Translations under genes and position numbers: made by a program
Origin: Lingula anatina
Lineage: Eukaryota > Animalia > Brachiopoda
Assembly: GCA_051362555.1 (NCBI GenBank)
Contig: CM120648.1
Coordinates: 7,064,587 to 7,128,586, forward strand
Length of the DNA: 64,000 nt
Direction: 5' to 3'
The notes under the pieces: generated by a model
What the model was told of the DNA's origin: nothing
The model's database searches: none
What the model saw: only the letters and a program-made list of their open reading frames with translations
Shown: positions 23,401-37,596 of the stretch, in pieces
Layout: each line of letters begins with the position of its first letter
Numbering within the stretch: the first letter of the stretch is position 1

Positions 23401-26400
23401 ATTTTAAAGTCAATGAGAAAGGTGCTGATGTAACTATATCTCTTACAAACACAGTCGGGCAAAATGTGCAATTAGTGGGTAAAGATTCTGAAAATTCCGA
23501 GATTCCAAGTTCACAGCTTGTCAAGGAACGCAGAACTAGTGAAAGCATATACAGTGACAAAGACAAACTGTCTGATAGTGAGGACAAAACGGAAAGCATG
23601 ATTGGTCATTCTGATGGTGACCTTGGCCTTGACCTTTCAAGGACAGAAGATCAGCACCAGCAGGAAACTGAAGACACAGAATCAGCAGAAGAATATATTG
23701 ATGAAGAAGAGGAAAGGGTTATTATGAGAAATTCAGAAGGGAAATCAAGGCAGTTGGATATTAGGTAAGTTTTTCATCCTTTTGAGAGTACAACCCTTGA
23801 GCTTTATTATTCCTGCATGCTTTGAGATCAGCATATTGATTGTGAACTAGGTATGGAAACTGAAATTTCTATATGCTATGTGATAGAAGTGCTATGTTTT
23901 AAAAGTGGTAAGTGTAGATGCCTTGTTCTTCTGATTAACTGTATTTATGATACTTTGTTTTAGACTGGACAACAACAGCAAACTGTTTCTGATGTTGGAA
24001 GTTTTCCAGACAGAGGATGAACAATTTTTAGCGGTTAGTATAAAACAAAATGCCTTGTGGTCGTCCACAGTCTTCCTTGTCAGGGTCACAGTTCAGTTTG
24101 TTTTTTGACAATAAAAAAGGACCTAGATGAGATTTCCCTAATAAGAAAGCAGTTGACCCTGGCTTGTAGAGTCATACTTAATTGCTGTGTTATATATTAT
24201 AACAGATGAATTACTTTACAAACCACTTTAACACATTTTTTTTTTTCACAAAGGGATATGATTTTTAAAAACTTTTTTATGCCCACTGACAGATTTAAAA
24301 CAGCTCAAGTTCTCCTGATTAACAGATGAATTACTTTGTAAAAGAAATAAAGGCTTTTGTTATGGCAGGAGATTTTGATCAAAAAGTTTGTATTCCTGTC
24401 TTTATTTTAGATGTACCCCACCACTGTTGGCCATACAGAAGGGAATACGCAGAAGGTATTTGTGATGTTGACATCCAACGCCCTCTATATTCTAACACCA
24501 GGGCCTGGCCGAGGCAAATACAACAAGGAGACGGTGGTACGATACCAGGAGATCGACTATGTTGATGTAAGTGACCTCTTTTGGTGGAAGTTGGAATATT
24601 TGTTGCCAGTTAAAAAAGGGTTGTCACACTACAGTCCCATCTAGATCCCAAGACTGCTGGGATTCTTTTACTTAGAAGTTTTTATGCCTCACTGACTATT
24701 TTTACCTGCAATTTTTAAACTTAGTTGTGAATTTATATTTAGTTTTAAAGAGGGCAAATTGTTCTTGAAGAACCTTAACATTTTTTCATGGTGCATGCAT
24801 CCAGCTTAATGGAACCTTGTCAGTAATAAATATTATTTGTTGGAATGGATGCATGTAAACATGGAAGGAGGGACCCCATTAATCTACTAAAAGCATAGAT
24901 CATAGCTATTCTGTGCAACATTTATCAGATTATGTCAGATGCTGTGTTGTTTGACTATGTTAGCACACATATTTGCATTCTTATGTTTGTTTTTTCTCTT
25001 CCAGTTGTCAGTAAACTTCCAAACAGTTCACATAGTTTGCACAAACAGAAGAAAACAGCACTGGATCACAACTGGAGATGAGGAACTGACCAAGTAATTG
25101 TCCCTTTCCACACTATTTTATAGTCAGAACATTTGTAGCATTTTATTTGTGTCAGATTTTAAAGTATCAATCCATTAAAGCTGAGCTTTCTTTCTGGCAA
25201 GCTTTTGGATTGTCCATTCATTTAACTCTAAAATGTGACTCTTTCTTCTCCTGTAAAAGCACTTTACATATCAACTGTAGATTTATTTTTTAAAGTAATG
25301 TGGTGAATGTATTTGATAATTGATTATATTTTGATGTGTTGTCCTTTATGGATACCGTTTTTGTAAGTCATCTTTTCAAAGTGTAACGTCCAAGTTTCCA
25401 TTAAATGTGACTCATTGATATTGATATTTACCACCAGGGCTATGGTGAAATCACTGGAAGAGGCAGTGCGTAACTGCGAAGTGGATCTCCTGCGACTCAG
25501 CGTTCTCACTGATGCCACCACACAGAAGATAGCAATGAAGAAATGGTTAGCACAAGAATGTGGAGTAGCTGTGAGTTTTACTTTGTTGTCTTTATTTTAA
25601 CATCTAGTATTCCGTATGAAATAAATGTCTAAGTAGAACTGATTGAAAATAGACAAATATTGAAAAGCTATGTAGTAAGAATAACAAGATTGTTACTTAT
25701 TTATTGGTATGAGATTGGTAACTTTTCATCAGTATGAGATTGGTAACTTTTTATTTAATTTTTCAAGAGGTGGTATTTTGCCATTGCAGAAATCTCCCTT
25801 TAAAATTCAAACTATTACTAGCCAATGTTTTACTTGAACTTCTCTATTCTCAGTCCAGTGAGGTGGAACTCCTGTGTTACAGTCTGGTCAGTTGGGAGGA
25901 CACACAGTCCAAATCTCGGAGTGGACTGGCCAAAGAGGGGACGCTACTGGTCAAGACTCCCAACAATCTGTACGGTCACACGTGGAAGGCTGCCTTTTTT
26001 GTACTTAAGTATGGGCTTTTCTCATTTAAGCATTTGTCATTCTTTAAGTAATTTTGGAAGTTTTTTTTTCCATTATTGTTATAATTGTAATTAATAAACT
26101 TTGGAAAGAAAACAAAGGTGGATGATACCAGAACAAAATGTTGAAAAATAATAAGGCTTGATATATAAGGAATGGACCCTGATAGAATTTTCCATGTTAT
26201 TTAGATGAAAAAGTACTTGCCAAATTAAGCCAAAAGGTTTAAAAGTGAAGTCAGCAGAATTTTAATAAGACGATATTTAACTTTTCTCTTGTTTTATTCC
26301 TAGAGATGGTATATTGCTCCAGTTTCCAAATAAAAATAACACAAAAGAGCCCGAAAGAACAATCCAATTGGGGTATGTTAAAAGATAAACATGTTTGTAC

Positions 26401-28649
26401 ACTGACACAACCATGCATGCTCTTTTTTAAAATGAAGATAAACTGTAACATCATAAATTTCCTTTTTGGCAAAGTTTAAACACATCATGCACACTAAATG
26501 TTTCCCTGAAGTACATTTTATTATTATTAAATTATGATGATTTCTTACAACCGTAATTTGTTTAACATCACAGGTTGAAGTTTTACATTTATAGTGTAGA
26601 TATAATAGAATACTGTAAGAGATACCATAGTCAGTTAAATAAATCAAATATAATAAAAGTATACACATAATTAAAATACGTTCATTGTAAAGTATAATTT
26701 TCACCCAGTTTGTGTTTATAAGTATGAAAGATAATAAGCAGTATTTGTGACTGGATCTTTTTGATCGTTTCATAGTGGTGAAGATTGCTGTGGCTGCAGA
26801 CGAGCTCACGTCTCGGACAGGGAGAACTGCTTTGAGATTATCCTCTCGGACAACAGCACAATTCAGATGTCCGCATCAAATGAATCAGAGACGTTTGATT
26901 GGCTTCAGACTCTGTGTAAGGCTGTTTCAGAAGGAATGGGGGTAGGTGTTCTTAAATGCTTAAGTTGTTACTTTCATTTATTTAGTTACTTATAATTTAT
27001 AGAATGGACAAAAAATTAAATGAATGCTTATTTTTTTATTGTCAAATAGTCATGCTATTTTATTGTCACATTTTTGTAAAGAATATTTATTTTACATCAT
27101 GAATTTTATCTTCAGAAGACGATGTTGCTAGAAGGGGTAGGTCAATAAAATTGAGTAGTCTTGCCTTTCCTCAGTATGTGTTCCAATTCCAAAAGATATA
27201 TTGTCAGTACAATAACATCCTACTATTTGTTAGCACTTATGAAGGTATAGCATTTTATGTTCCTATCCTGCTTAGATTTAAGAGAAATTCATGCAAACTC
27301 AGCATTCATGAGAGGTAAATTATAAGATAACCATGACCTTCCTTCATCCTTCACAGTTTCAAATGCTGAAGAGCTATATTTTGCTGAAATATAATAGATT
27401 GAAACAACTGCCAAGTCCCAATGATTATTATAAATCTTCAGTTTGAAATGTCTGAAAATACCCTGATTTCATTGTAGCCTTAAAATTTGTGATTTTTTGT
27501 TATCCCTCTAGTATTCCAATCCCTTACACCATTGAGATTATATAGGCATTATGAACAACATCCAATGAGTTAGTCTGAAGTAAATAGTAATAAAACTGCA
27601 GTTATTATTTCACCGTTTGTAGTTCATTCCTAATTGGCTTAATTTTCTAATTACCTGATTGGTGTATTTATAACCAATCATCGTTAGAATTCCATTTACC
27701 TCCTAGGCTCCTGGTGGAGTGGGTGTTCTACCCTGCTGTGCTGTGCTCACTCCTAACAAATTATTCATGTGCCATGAGGACCTGCAGACATACTTCTTTA
27801 GAACCATAGGCTCTGCAAATGTGTTAGATGTGACAGGCATCACAATTGACCCCACAGACGAGAGATATTGTATTGTGGTGAGTATGCATGGGAGAGGTGT
27901 TGGGTATAAAGTTAGAAAAATAGATAGAGAGAGAGAGGGAGAGAGAGAGGGGGAAGGAGATGAAAAGAGAAAAGGGGGAGAGAGGACAGAGTTTGTGCAT
28001 TTATACAAGAGAGACAGTTACGAGTGTTTGTGTGTGTGAATTGATATTTGCTATTGTGGCATGCATCACCGTCACAATTTAAATACAACATCAAGGGATA
28101 TACATGTATTTAGCTGGAACATTTTAAAAGTTTTATTTTTATGTTTTCAGGAGTTTGAGTCACAGGACAGGAAAGTCAGCAGTGAACAGTGGATTCTATA
28201 TTTTGCATCGACAAAAGAACAACGAAAGTTCACAGAAGCCCTATCTGATGCATGGAAGAGACACTTTCAGGTAACCACTGATGCAAGATAACAAGTTTGA
28301 TGCTTGGTAGTTTTTGTCATTTTTTGAGGGTATTTTACTTCAGTAATATTAAACATTGAACTGTGTTTGTTTATACTCATACTTGAAATAATATTATTTT
28401 TCTTATTCATGGTTATTGTAACAAACAATGACCATGTTTTAAATACTGGGAATAAAATAATAGAAAAACGCTTATCATATAATTGTATTCATAATTGTGT
28501 CCCCATTTATAGAAACTTAAGATGAACAAAACATTTGTTTTTCTTTTTTCCAGGTCTCAATACCAGTAAACATATTTGAGGACATGACCTTACAGTGGAA
28601 ATGCAAGGATACCTTAGCTAATGCTTTGGCTCCACTATCAATCAGTTGA
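14436..28649 (+). CDS. PLEKHM2: Pleckstrin homology and RUN domain-containing M2 (SKIP), multi-exon
   Basis: RUN exons KDRILDGISKSIKK | LCEHLDHALLHG | GYWMVVREFT...TELGR | GRSWLFMAMNDGLLESYL | LVTLVSGLDFITFDL; large exon 22287-23764 with EVIHVKSKKKK; RLDNNSKLFLMLEVF; PH exons (KEGTL...WKAAFFVLK, GEDCCGCRR...WLQTLCKAVSEG, PCCAVLT...CHED); stop TGA at 28647-28649. Confidence 0.93.
15670..15829. mobile_element. 160-bp MITE in PLEKHM2 intron 1
   Basis: TIRs CAGGGGCGGA...TCCGCCCCTG flanked on both sides by CAAAG (15665-15669 and 15830-15834). Confidence 0.8.
17575..17970. repeat. C/T-rich minisatellite, 46-bp unit made of two related 23-bp halves
   Basis: Unit CTTATCCCTCATTACCCTG(C/T)CCCCTTATCCTGCACTATCCTGCCCT repeated about eight times, degenerate at the edges. 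Confidence 0.9.
19440..20627 (+). CDS. Intronless RING + NHL-repeat protein (TRIM2/3-like, lacking B-box and coiled coil), 395 aa, nested in a PLEKHM2 intron
   Basis: C3HC4 RING CNIC...DPRVLSCHHTFCYNC...FKCPICR; NHL repeats such as GTYGSGDGQLCEPRGVCTDSYGHIFIADRNNNRI; intact ORF between PLEKHM2 exons ending 17379 and starting about 21664. Confidence 0.9.
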   Translation: MAEASPADSPNELLQCNICLEEYKDPRVLSCHHTFCYNCISDHANSTASENGTFKCPICRKEIQIPTGGLAELTKDFRIPKIKDHLCLKKQQKVSVQTEETDATSGHVSAQSQPPLAGQEANPTPAPYAPLFIQEVEFVRSFSAILEDDHRNVNITGLATDKQYVYIVDIGNNRTKVFKHTGHFKFDIKLTKPFDVAVSQSGTSSLYITSHGDKCVKVYSTSGHYETDMGHFEGPCGITLNKQGHVMVCDCKKNSICTFFAVGGNLRDTIPARGSELRYISVNRVEDNIVISDREEHCVHVLSPGGQLYQYGTYGSGDGQLCEPRGVCTDSYGHIFIADRNNNRIVALSPQGQFIRNIVTEEDGLEQPTALDINPAGQLVVAEKQGNVKTFQYLQ

Positions 28650-31510
28650 GACCTTTTTTGGCTCTCACACGTACCAAATATGTGAAAACTGTCCTTACCA
28701 TCATTAGTTGCCTAAGACCTGATCTATTTCCTTTATCAGTCAGTGAAACTGGTTAAATATTGACTTAAGTTACACCAAAATGTCCAGTGCAATGGTCAGG
28801 CCTGTTATCAGTCATCCGGGGTCAGTTACAGAGTGGACATCTATAACATGTAACTGTAGGTGAATAGGTCATTTGCTGACATCTTGTATCTTCAGAGATC
28901 ATTTGCATGTGCTCTGTGTATCGATTATCCAAGACCTTTTTCAGATTAACAGGCTTCTCATCTTCACAAAATGCTCAATAAACTTACTTGCTCTGTGTTA
29001 TATACAAGAAATCTACTTTTTCTCTTTTCATTGTCTTCCACTTAATGCTGAAAGTGGCAATTTTCTGAAAGAATTTAATGCTACAATTTTCAGCATTTAT
29101 TTTTTTGTATTGCCAAGTTCCATGCAGTCGTACATAAAAAGAAAACCTTTTATCTCTAAGACTGGAACTGCCATATATCAAATATAGATCAACTAAATGG
29201 TATCACTGCTGTTACCGTGACCAGAAATGTAAAATTAAATGACAAAAAAAGATCACAGGTGGTTCAAGTGTATACTATTTATTTTTACCATCTTATTGAA
29301 AATGTAATATGTACAGTAAATGACTAAATATATATTAGGTTAGTAGTATGCACTGGACTTCTGCATATTGAATGCAGGTTTATTTGTATCATAAAAACGA
29401 CTTCCCTTTTTATTTATTTTCAATTTTTTACCAAAAAAAAAAAGATAAATAAAGCTACAACTAATGCTATGATTATATGATTTTGAAGAAATAATGATAA
29501 TAATTTAAAATAATTACACTAGTCTGTGAAAGGTTTCTCATTTTTCCATGGACACTTGCACTTACAAACAATTGGGTTTGTGTGGAAAACTTGATTACGT
29601 ATTTTAACTACTTTAAACATTCAATGATGTAAAAAGGTTCTTAAATAGTCCGTGGTCTTGTTTCTTTCATTATTAAGTACACAGATAAACCTCTGACACC
29701 ACTGAAAACTTGTAGCATATTTTACGGTGTTGAAAGACTAGCATGAAGGTCTGCTTTGAAATTATTCAGGGCAAAAAAGCCACTCCAATCCTTGAGATGA
29801 ATAATCCCTGTCTTGAAGACAACACGAAGTACTGATTCTCTAAGAAACTTGGTCAACAAAAGCCAGCATAGAAAACCCCATTCCATCTTCAAACAAACAA
29901 GGACTTCTCTCATTTTTCAATTCTGAGCCCCAACTTGAGTGCACTGGGCACACTTATTAACTTTTTTTTCTTTGACAAAATATTTATAGATATTCCTCTG
30001 GCCAATTCTGTGCACATTTTTAAGCTATGAGAAATGAGAAAAATTTGGGGAAAAGGTCTGGAATAATAATACGTGTCACTTCACTTGATCAAAAGCTTGG
30101 CATTAAATAAAACGTGCACGCACAGATAACCTTTAACATTACAAGACCCATAAAAATCTATAATTAAAGAGATCGGTCAACTAAATTCTACAATATGGGT
30201 GTTTCCGTGTTGCCAATTTATAACCGCATTAGGCTTGAGAAGTACTACACAGTAGAAGCTACATCCAAATACAATACTCAAGTGCCATTTACACATAATC
30301 AGCTAAAATGGAACAGTGGATTTTTTTTTTTTTTAATCAACTTAGTTTTGTCCTAAGTGAACGAAATTGATCTTATTCTACCCGTGTTCCTCAAAAGGTT
30401 TTACCTACAACATATGAGTATCCTGTGTAAAACTGGACTGCGATGCCAAGTTCTCTATTTTAGCTTAGTCAAAATGAAAGACTAGTTATAACCATAAAAG
30501 CAAGCTTGTTTTGGAGTATGAATTTCAAAAACAGCTGGACCCAACTTTCACAACTTTCTTCTTCTTGTTCTTTTTTTTTTGCATAAAAAAAAAAAATAAA
30601 TAAAAAAAAAGAGCAACAATATTCTGCATGATGGGTGTCAATTTTTAAAAATCTATTGGATTCTTGCCAGTATTCACCTCCTCCAGTGCCAGTGACAATG
30701 CAGGGCAGCCATGATCATACCTCCCAAGTTTTAAGCAAAATGCACCCTCAGTATGTTTTCCTTTGACCATGGGATAGTTTCTTTTCTGTTTCTCCCTAAT
30801 TTCAATCCAGTCTGCATTTAATAGAAGACTGTCGGTCTCACAGGTGTATCATATTTTGGTATGGAAATCCAATTTGTGACCAAAACTCCAATCTTGCGAA
30901 CGGCATCTTCCATGTCACATTTCTTGGCAGGTACAAATAATCTAATAACTTTTGACCCAATTTATGAATGAAATCCCTTTCAACATTTCTCATCTTCATA
31001 TATCAAATTCCTGAATTATTTGATTAACCAAGTGAAAGTATCCATGATTTTGTATCCTGTACATCAGCTTTTCAAAAAGCCAGAGAAGACGAAAAAACCA
31101 GAAGACATTTCTTCATCATCTTCACACGTGATCTGAATATGAACTAGGACCACAAATAAAATATCCAGTGGTTTCCTGGTGAATTTCAGTTTCAATTTGA
31201 GGAGATAGCTGGTGTCTCTCTATGGTTAATTTTCTGTAGTCAGCTGCAAAATTGGCAACAGCAACTGATGATTTTCTTTGCTCGCTACATACCATTTTTT
31301 TTACCCCCAAGAGACTCCAGTTCACAAAAAATCTGGGGTAACACCACACACTCTCAGTCACTACTGCTGTGGATATAGACACATCCTGAACAACGGGATG
31401 TAAATCTGTGATGCCTGCCCAGGGTTGTATGTATAATGTGAGATACCACAGGAGTTTCAGTCATTTCTGCTGTTTAAGTCCATACATGTGTGTTGTTGTA
31501 AGTGAAAAGC

Positions 31511-33628
<2,118 letters not shown>

Positions 33629-33735
33629 CTATAAAAGTCCTGATAACAGAAAATTAAAAGCAGTATAAGTATCTATAGTAAAACAGGTGATGGCAATATG
33701 TACAGACACATCTGTGTCTGTACATAAAAAGTTCA

Positions 33736-33766
<31 letters not shown>

Positions 33767-34255
33767 AACTTTCTTCAAAATTGGTAGACAATCTGAAGCA
33801 GTTTCTGAAAAAAATCTTGGTCCAAACCTCAGGAAATAAACACGTAATAAGAAAGGGCTCATTATATTTGCCAAGAAATGCTTGAAGAAATGTGTTACTG
33901 TAATATATACAAAAGAGCCCTAACTATACACAGTAGTCAGTGTGAATGTGAAAACAATCAGTCCTTTGTGAAAATTGAAATTTAGGTCAAAATTGAGAAA
34001 GCATGCTGTGCGTGTGTGTGCGAGTTTGCTGGAAGTAGACAAGGGTTCTAAACAGTATATTACAGAAGTCTTCACCTTAGAGAACTACTTTTTAACTTTC
34101 ATGTAGTAGGGACATCCAGTTTACTACCTTCAACTATCCTGCTTTTGCAAATCTTTACAATTATTTACAACAGGGGAAAATTTATATATTCAAATAATAG
34201 GAAACAAACTGTATATTTCATAGCAGGGCATTCAAAACATGCACAACAAACTTAA

Positions 34256-35244
34256 AGGACAACTCAGTGGGTTAGATTAATGTATAGAAGCAGGTTCTAT
34301 GTAAAACTTTGATCAGATTTGTGTTTTGGGAGATTGTTTATTATTATATGAATAAGTCTGGGTCACAAAAGTCCTGTTAAAACAACTAGAATAAAGAATT
34401 AGAAAACGAAAACTATTTATCATGATTTCGGAGCACAGCCAGAAGTACTTCCGGCTGAAGGTCACGACCTCGATTTTCCCACGCTTACGACCAATCACAG
34501 CAGGCTTCAGTCAGAATTAGATAGACGTCACGACTACACAGCGAAACTTGTCAGACATGTAAGTGCCGCCTGTCCATCTTTTCGGTACATGTACCGATCA
34601 AAAACAGAAAACGTAAAGCCCAAAACGCTCTTATACACGTAACCAACTTTGTATGAGCACAAATATTGTCATTTATTGTGAACAGGATAATATGATAATC
34701 AGACACACTTGAGACCTGTGAAGCGCATACTCACGTTTCGGAGTAGTTTCGCCATTGCCTCGTATGTGAGTCCTAACTCAGCTTTAAGTGTCCTCCACCG
34801 CCCCACCTCCCTCCCAACATACACAGTCTGAGTGCTTCTTCGTCTGTCTCTAATCTTCTTTCGTATCTTTCGAACTTGAGTGGCTATTTTCTTTCGCCCC
34901 CTTTTGTCGCTCTCCTCTTCAGACTTGACGCGCGTCTGAGCCATGTTTGCTGTTTTGGCGCCAAATAGTAACATCCGGGTCTCAGCCGTAGTACTTCATT
35001 CATAGTAAACCGCGAGACTTAGCGAGAAATTGCGCGTTCTGAAGCCGTACTGTGAGGTGGTAGCTGAGTATTTAAGACGAGTCGTCTTTTATTATTTAAT
35101 GGAACTTAAAAACGGTATTAGGTAGCTTCATTTTCTGAACGGTTTTGGATAGGATATACCTTGGTCATTATGGGGAAATTGGTAAGTTTTCCAGGAAAAT
35201 TCATTTTCGTGCTATTTTAAGGGTTTAACGCGCTGAGACTGTCT
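34256..35244 (-). mobile_element. Non-autonomous Kolobok-like DNA transposon upstream of the CDC42 coding exons
   Basis: TTAA on both sides (34252-34255 and 35245-35248); imperfect TIRs AGGACAACTCAG / CTGAGACTGTCT with AG...CT ends; internal minus-strand ORF with VYVGREVGRWRTLKAELGL...MAKLL followed by a GTGAGT donor. Confidence 0.7.
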
Positions 35245-36589
35245 TTAAAGCAACATTATAACTTTAAAACTTGCCAATGCTGGATCTATGCCTTTTATCT
35301 ATCACTTACATTTTTAGCATGTTAACCTCAACAAAATGAGTACTTTGCATACCTATTTGACTGAGCATCACTGTGACTAAGGACCAAACTTGGTTACATA
35401 ACCAAGACTTTAAATGTAGGAAGAGTATAATGGTAAGACAACAGGAGAAATGTTTGCAAAAAATATCTGATGGACAAGTAGTAGTCACAATTGCAGATAT
35501 GACTGAAAGAAATTGTTATGTACAGAAATATATAATTTCTGGTATAGTTTCACATCTCTACCAATGAAAAAATCAAACTAGAACTTGTGCAATACAATAT
35601 TTTAAAATATAAAGTAAAAATGTAAAAAGAACTACAGTTATTAACATTATAATGCTGTGTAAATTCGGTCACACTGATTACAATTGGCAATCATTTCACC
35701 CAGTGAGACAAGTGTTAACGTTTAAATGCAATTCCATTTTTAAGAAATTCCTCTGTTGAAAGTTTTTAATTTAAACAATTTGCTTTCCACGATCGATCCC
35801 ATCTTCTCTCACTCTCCCAAGAGTGCCATTTGATCATTTGTGAGTCATCTAAACATATTTCGGGGACACACCTTCAACGTTCGGCTTTTACACGAATATC
35901 AAACCACACAAAAAACAATATGAAGTAAGGAGCATGTAGTGTTAATTCTTTTGTGTTAAAAAATCAAACTTAAAACCGGCACTCGTACAGATTTGATCCA
36001 CATATCACAACTGTGTCAGTAATTTTATGAATGACATCGTCCGCCATATTGAAATGAATATGGGGCACTGACAAGCCGGCCGTTGCCCGGAATCGCCGTC
36101 ATATTTCCAAAATAAATGGCGCTTTTAACACAAAAATACATACACGAATATGTAGCGTATCAATTAAGTATATTTTCTGATTCGATTGAGACTTACCAGC
36201 TTATATTTCGGTCAAGTGCTCACTGGGCGTTAACAAATATGCGGGGATAACATGGAAGGCACGCACGGACTTCCGCATTCATACAAAAACAAGAATATGC
36301 GGGACATATACCTTTAATTTTCGAAATTATCAACTTCATTTTCATCCCAATGGCAATTTTAATTATAAACACAACAGTTCTTGGGCACTTTAATATTGAA
36401 ATCATAACTGATCGCTTAAAATAAAACTTTAATATAGCTAACAAGATAACTGATCCTTGGTTCCTACAATCCCGGTACAGCTGTCAAGTAAAATTTTGAA
36501 ATTTTGTCTATCGCATCAAATTTAATCAGATTTTGATTAGAAAATAATGAAAAAAATCTTTTTTTAAATAAAAAACAGAAAAATAATGA

Positions 36590-37300
36590 ATAGTTTTGCT
36601 TACCTTTTCCTTCTAGCTTAATATAATCTCACTATTTTGGATTAAGCAACGCTTTATATATGACTGCAATTAATTCTAAAAATAGATCGCTAATCTTATT
36701 GGCTGAAAGTTGTTATCTCTGCTGACGTCAGATTTCTTTGGAGTGAAAGAAAAAAGGAGAAAATATTAAACAAAGTTTTTTTTCTTTTTTTTTTTTTACT
36801 TTTTTGTAAAATATTCTTTAAAAATAACTTGTTCACTCACAGTAAGGGGCGTACGGGCCAGTGGTGTTGGGGTGGGGTGCAGTCTTGATAATTTAGGACG
36901 ATCAGCACCCAAGATGTCTTTAATTTTTATTAGAATCCCACCAAAAAATCAACATATTTTTATCCCTTTTACTGGTATGGCAAGCCATTAAATACAGCAA
37001 TTTTAAAGACAATTTTATTTCAGAGATGCTAGGAAAAGTGTACAGGGAAAGGTTCTAGTGGGGTGAGGGGACGATTAAGACAGAAATCTCCCCTTTTATA
37101 AGGATGTGGTTTGATTTTTCACGTTAAAACCTCTGCTAGTCTGTCATTTAATACTCAGCTGGAAAAAAATCTTCTCAAAAAAAAAAAAAAAAAAAAAAAA
37201 AAAATGTTTTTACTGTGGCCTGTCTTGTTAAATTATCCTAGTATGACCAATCACAAGCCTTTGTTAAGGTCACGACCTTGACCCAATATTGTTTAAAATA
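36590..37300. promoter_or_regulatory. Probable divergent promoter region of CDC42 and MIIP
   Basis: Minus-strand donor AGGTAAGC near 36600 (probable CDC42 5'UTR exon); ATTGG box near 36698; perfect CRE TGACGTCA at 36723-36730; CCAAT boxes near 37247 and 37283; plus-strand donor AG|GTAAGA near 37306. Confidence 0.5.
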
Positions 37301-37596
37301 GGAAAGGTAAGACTATTTTTTTATATTTAAAGATTCTGAATAAATAATTAAACATTATAACTGCACACTGTATTAGTTAAGATGAATACAACACATTTGA
37401 AAATATCACTGACTCATTTAATAAGAAAAATAGCCATATTTTGCTCGGAGATGATTTTTGGTTTGTGCGATGAAATAAAATAGAGTTAAAATAAGACAGG
37501 AATATATATAAATAAAATATATCAACAAAGGCGTTGCAATCAGGGTCATCTTTACATTTTTCTTTATCCTTTTTAATAGAGTAGCTCATGTAAAAC

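Noticed and set aside
22562-23599. Antisense ORFs over the large PLEKHM2 exon (and similar ones over other long exons)
   Set aside because: Shadow frames of true coding exons.
24198-24342. Short direct repeat AACAGATGAATTACTTT, and a similar GTATGAGATTGGTAACTTTT duplication near 25707-25751
   Set aside because: Small local intronic duplications without evidence of function.
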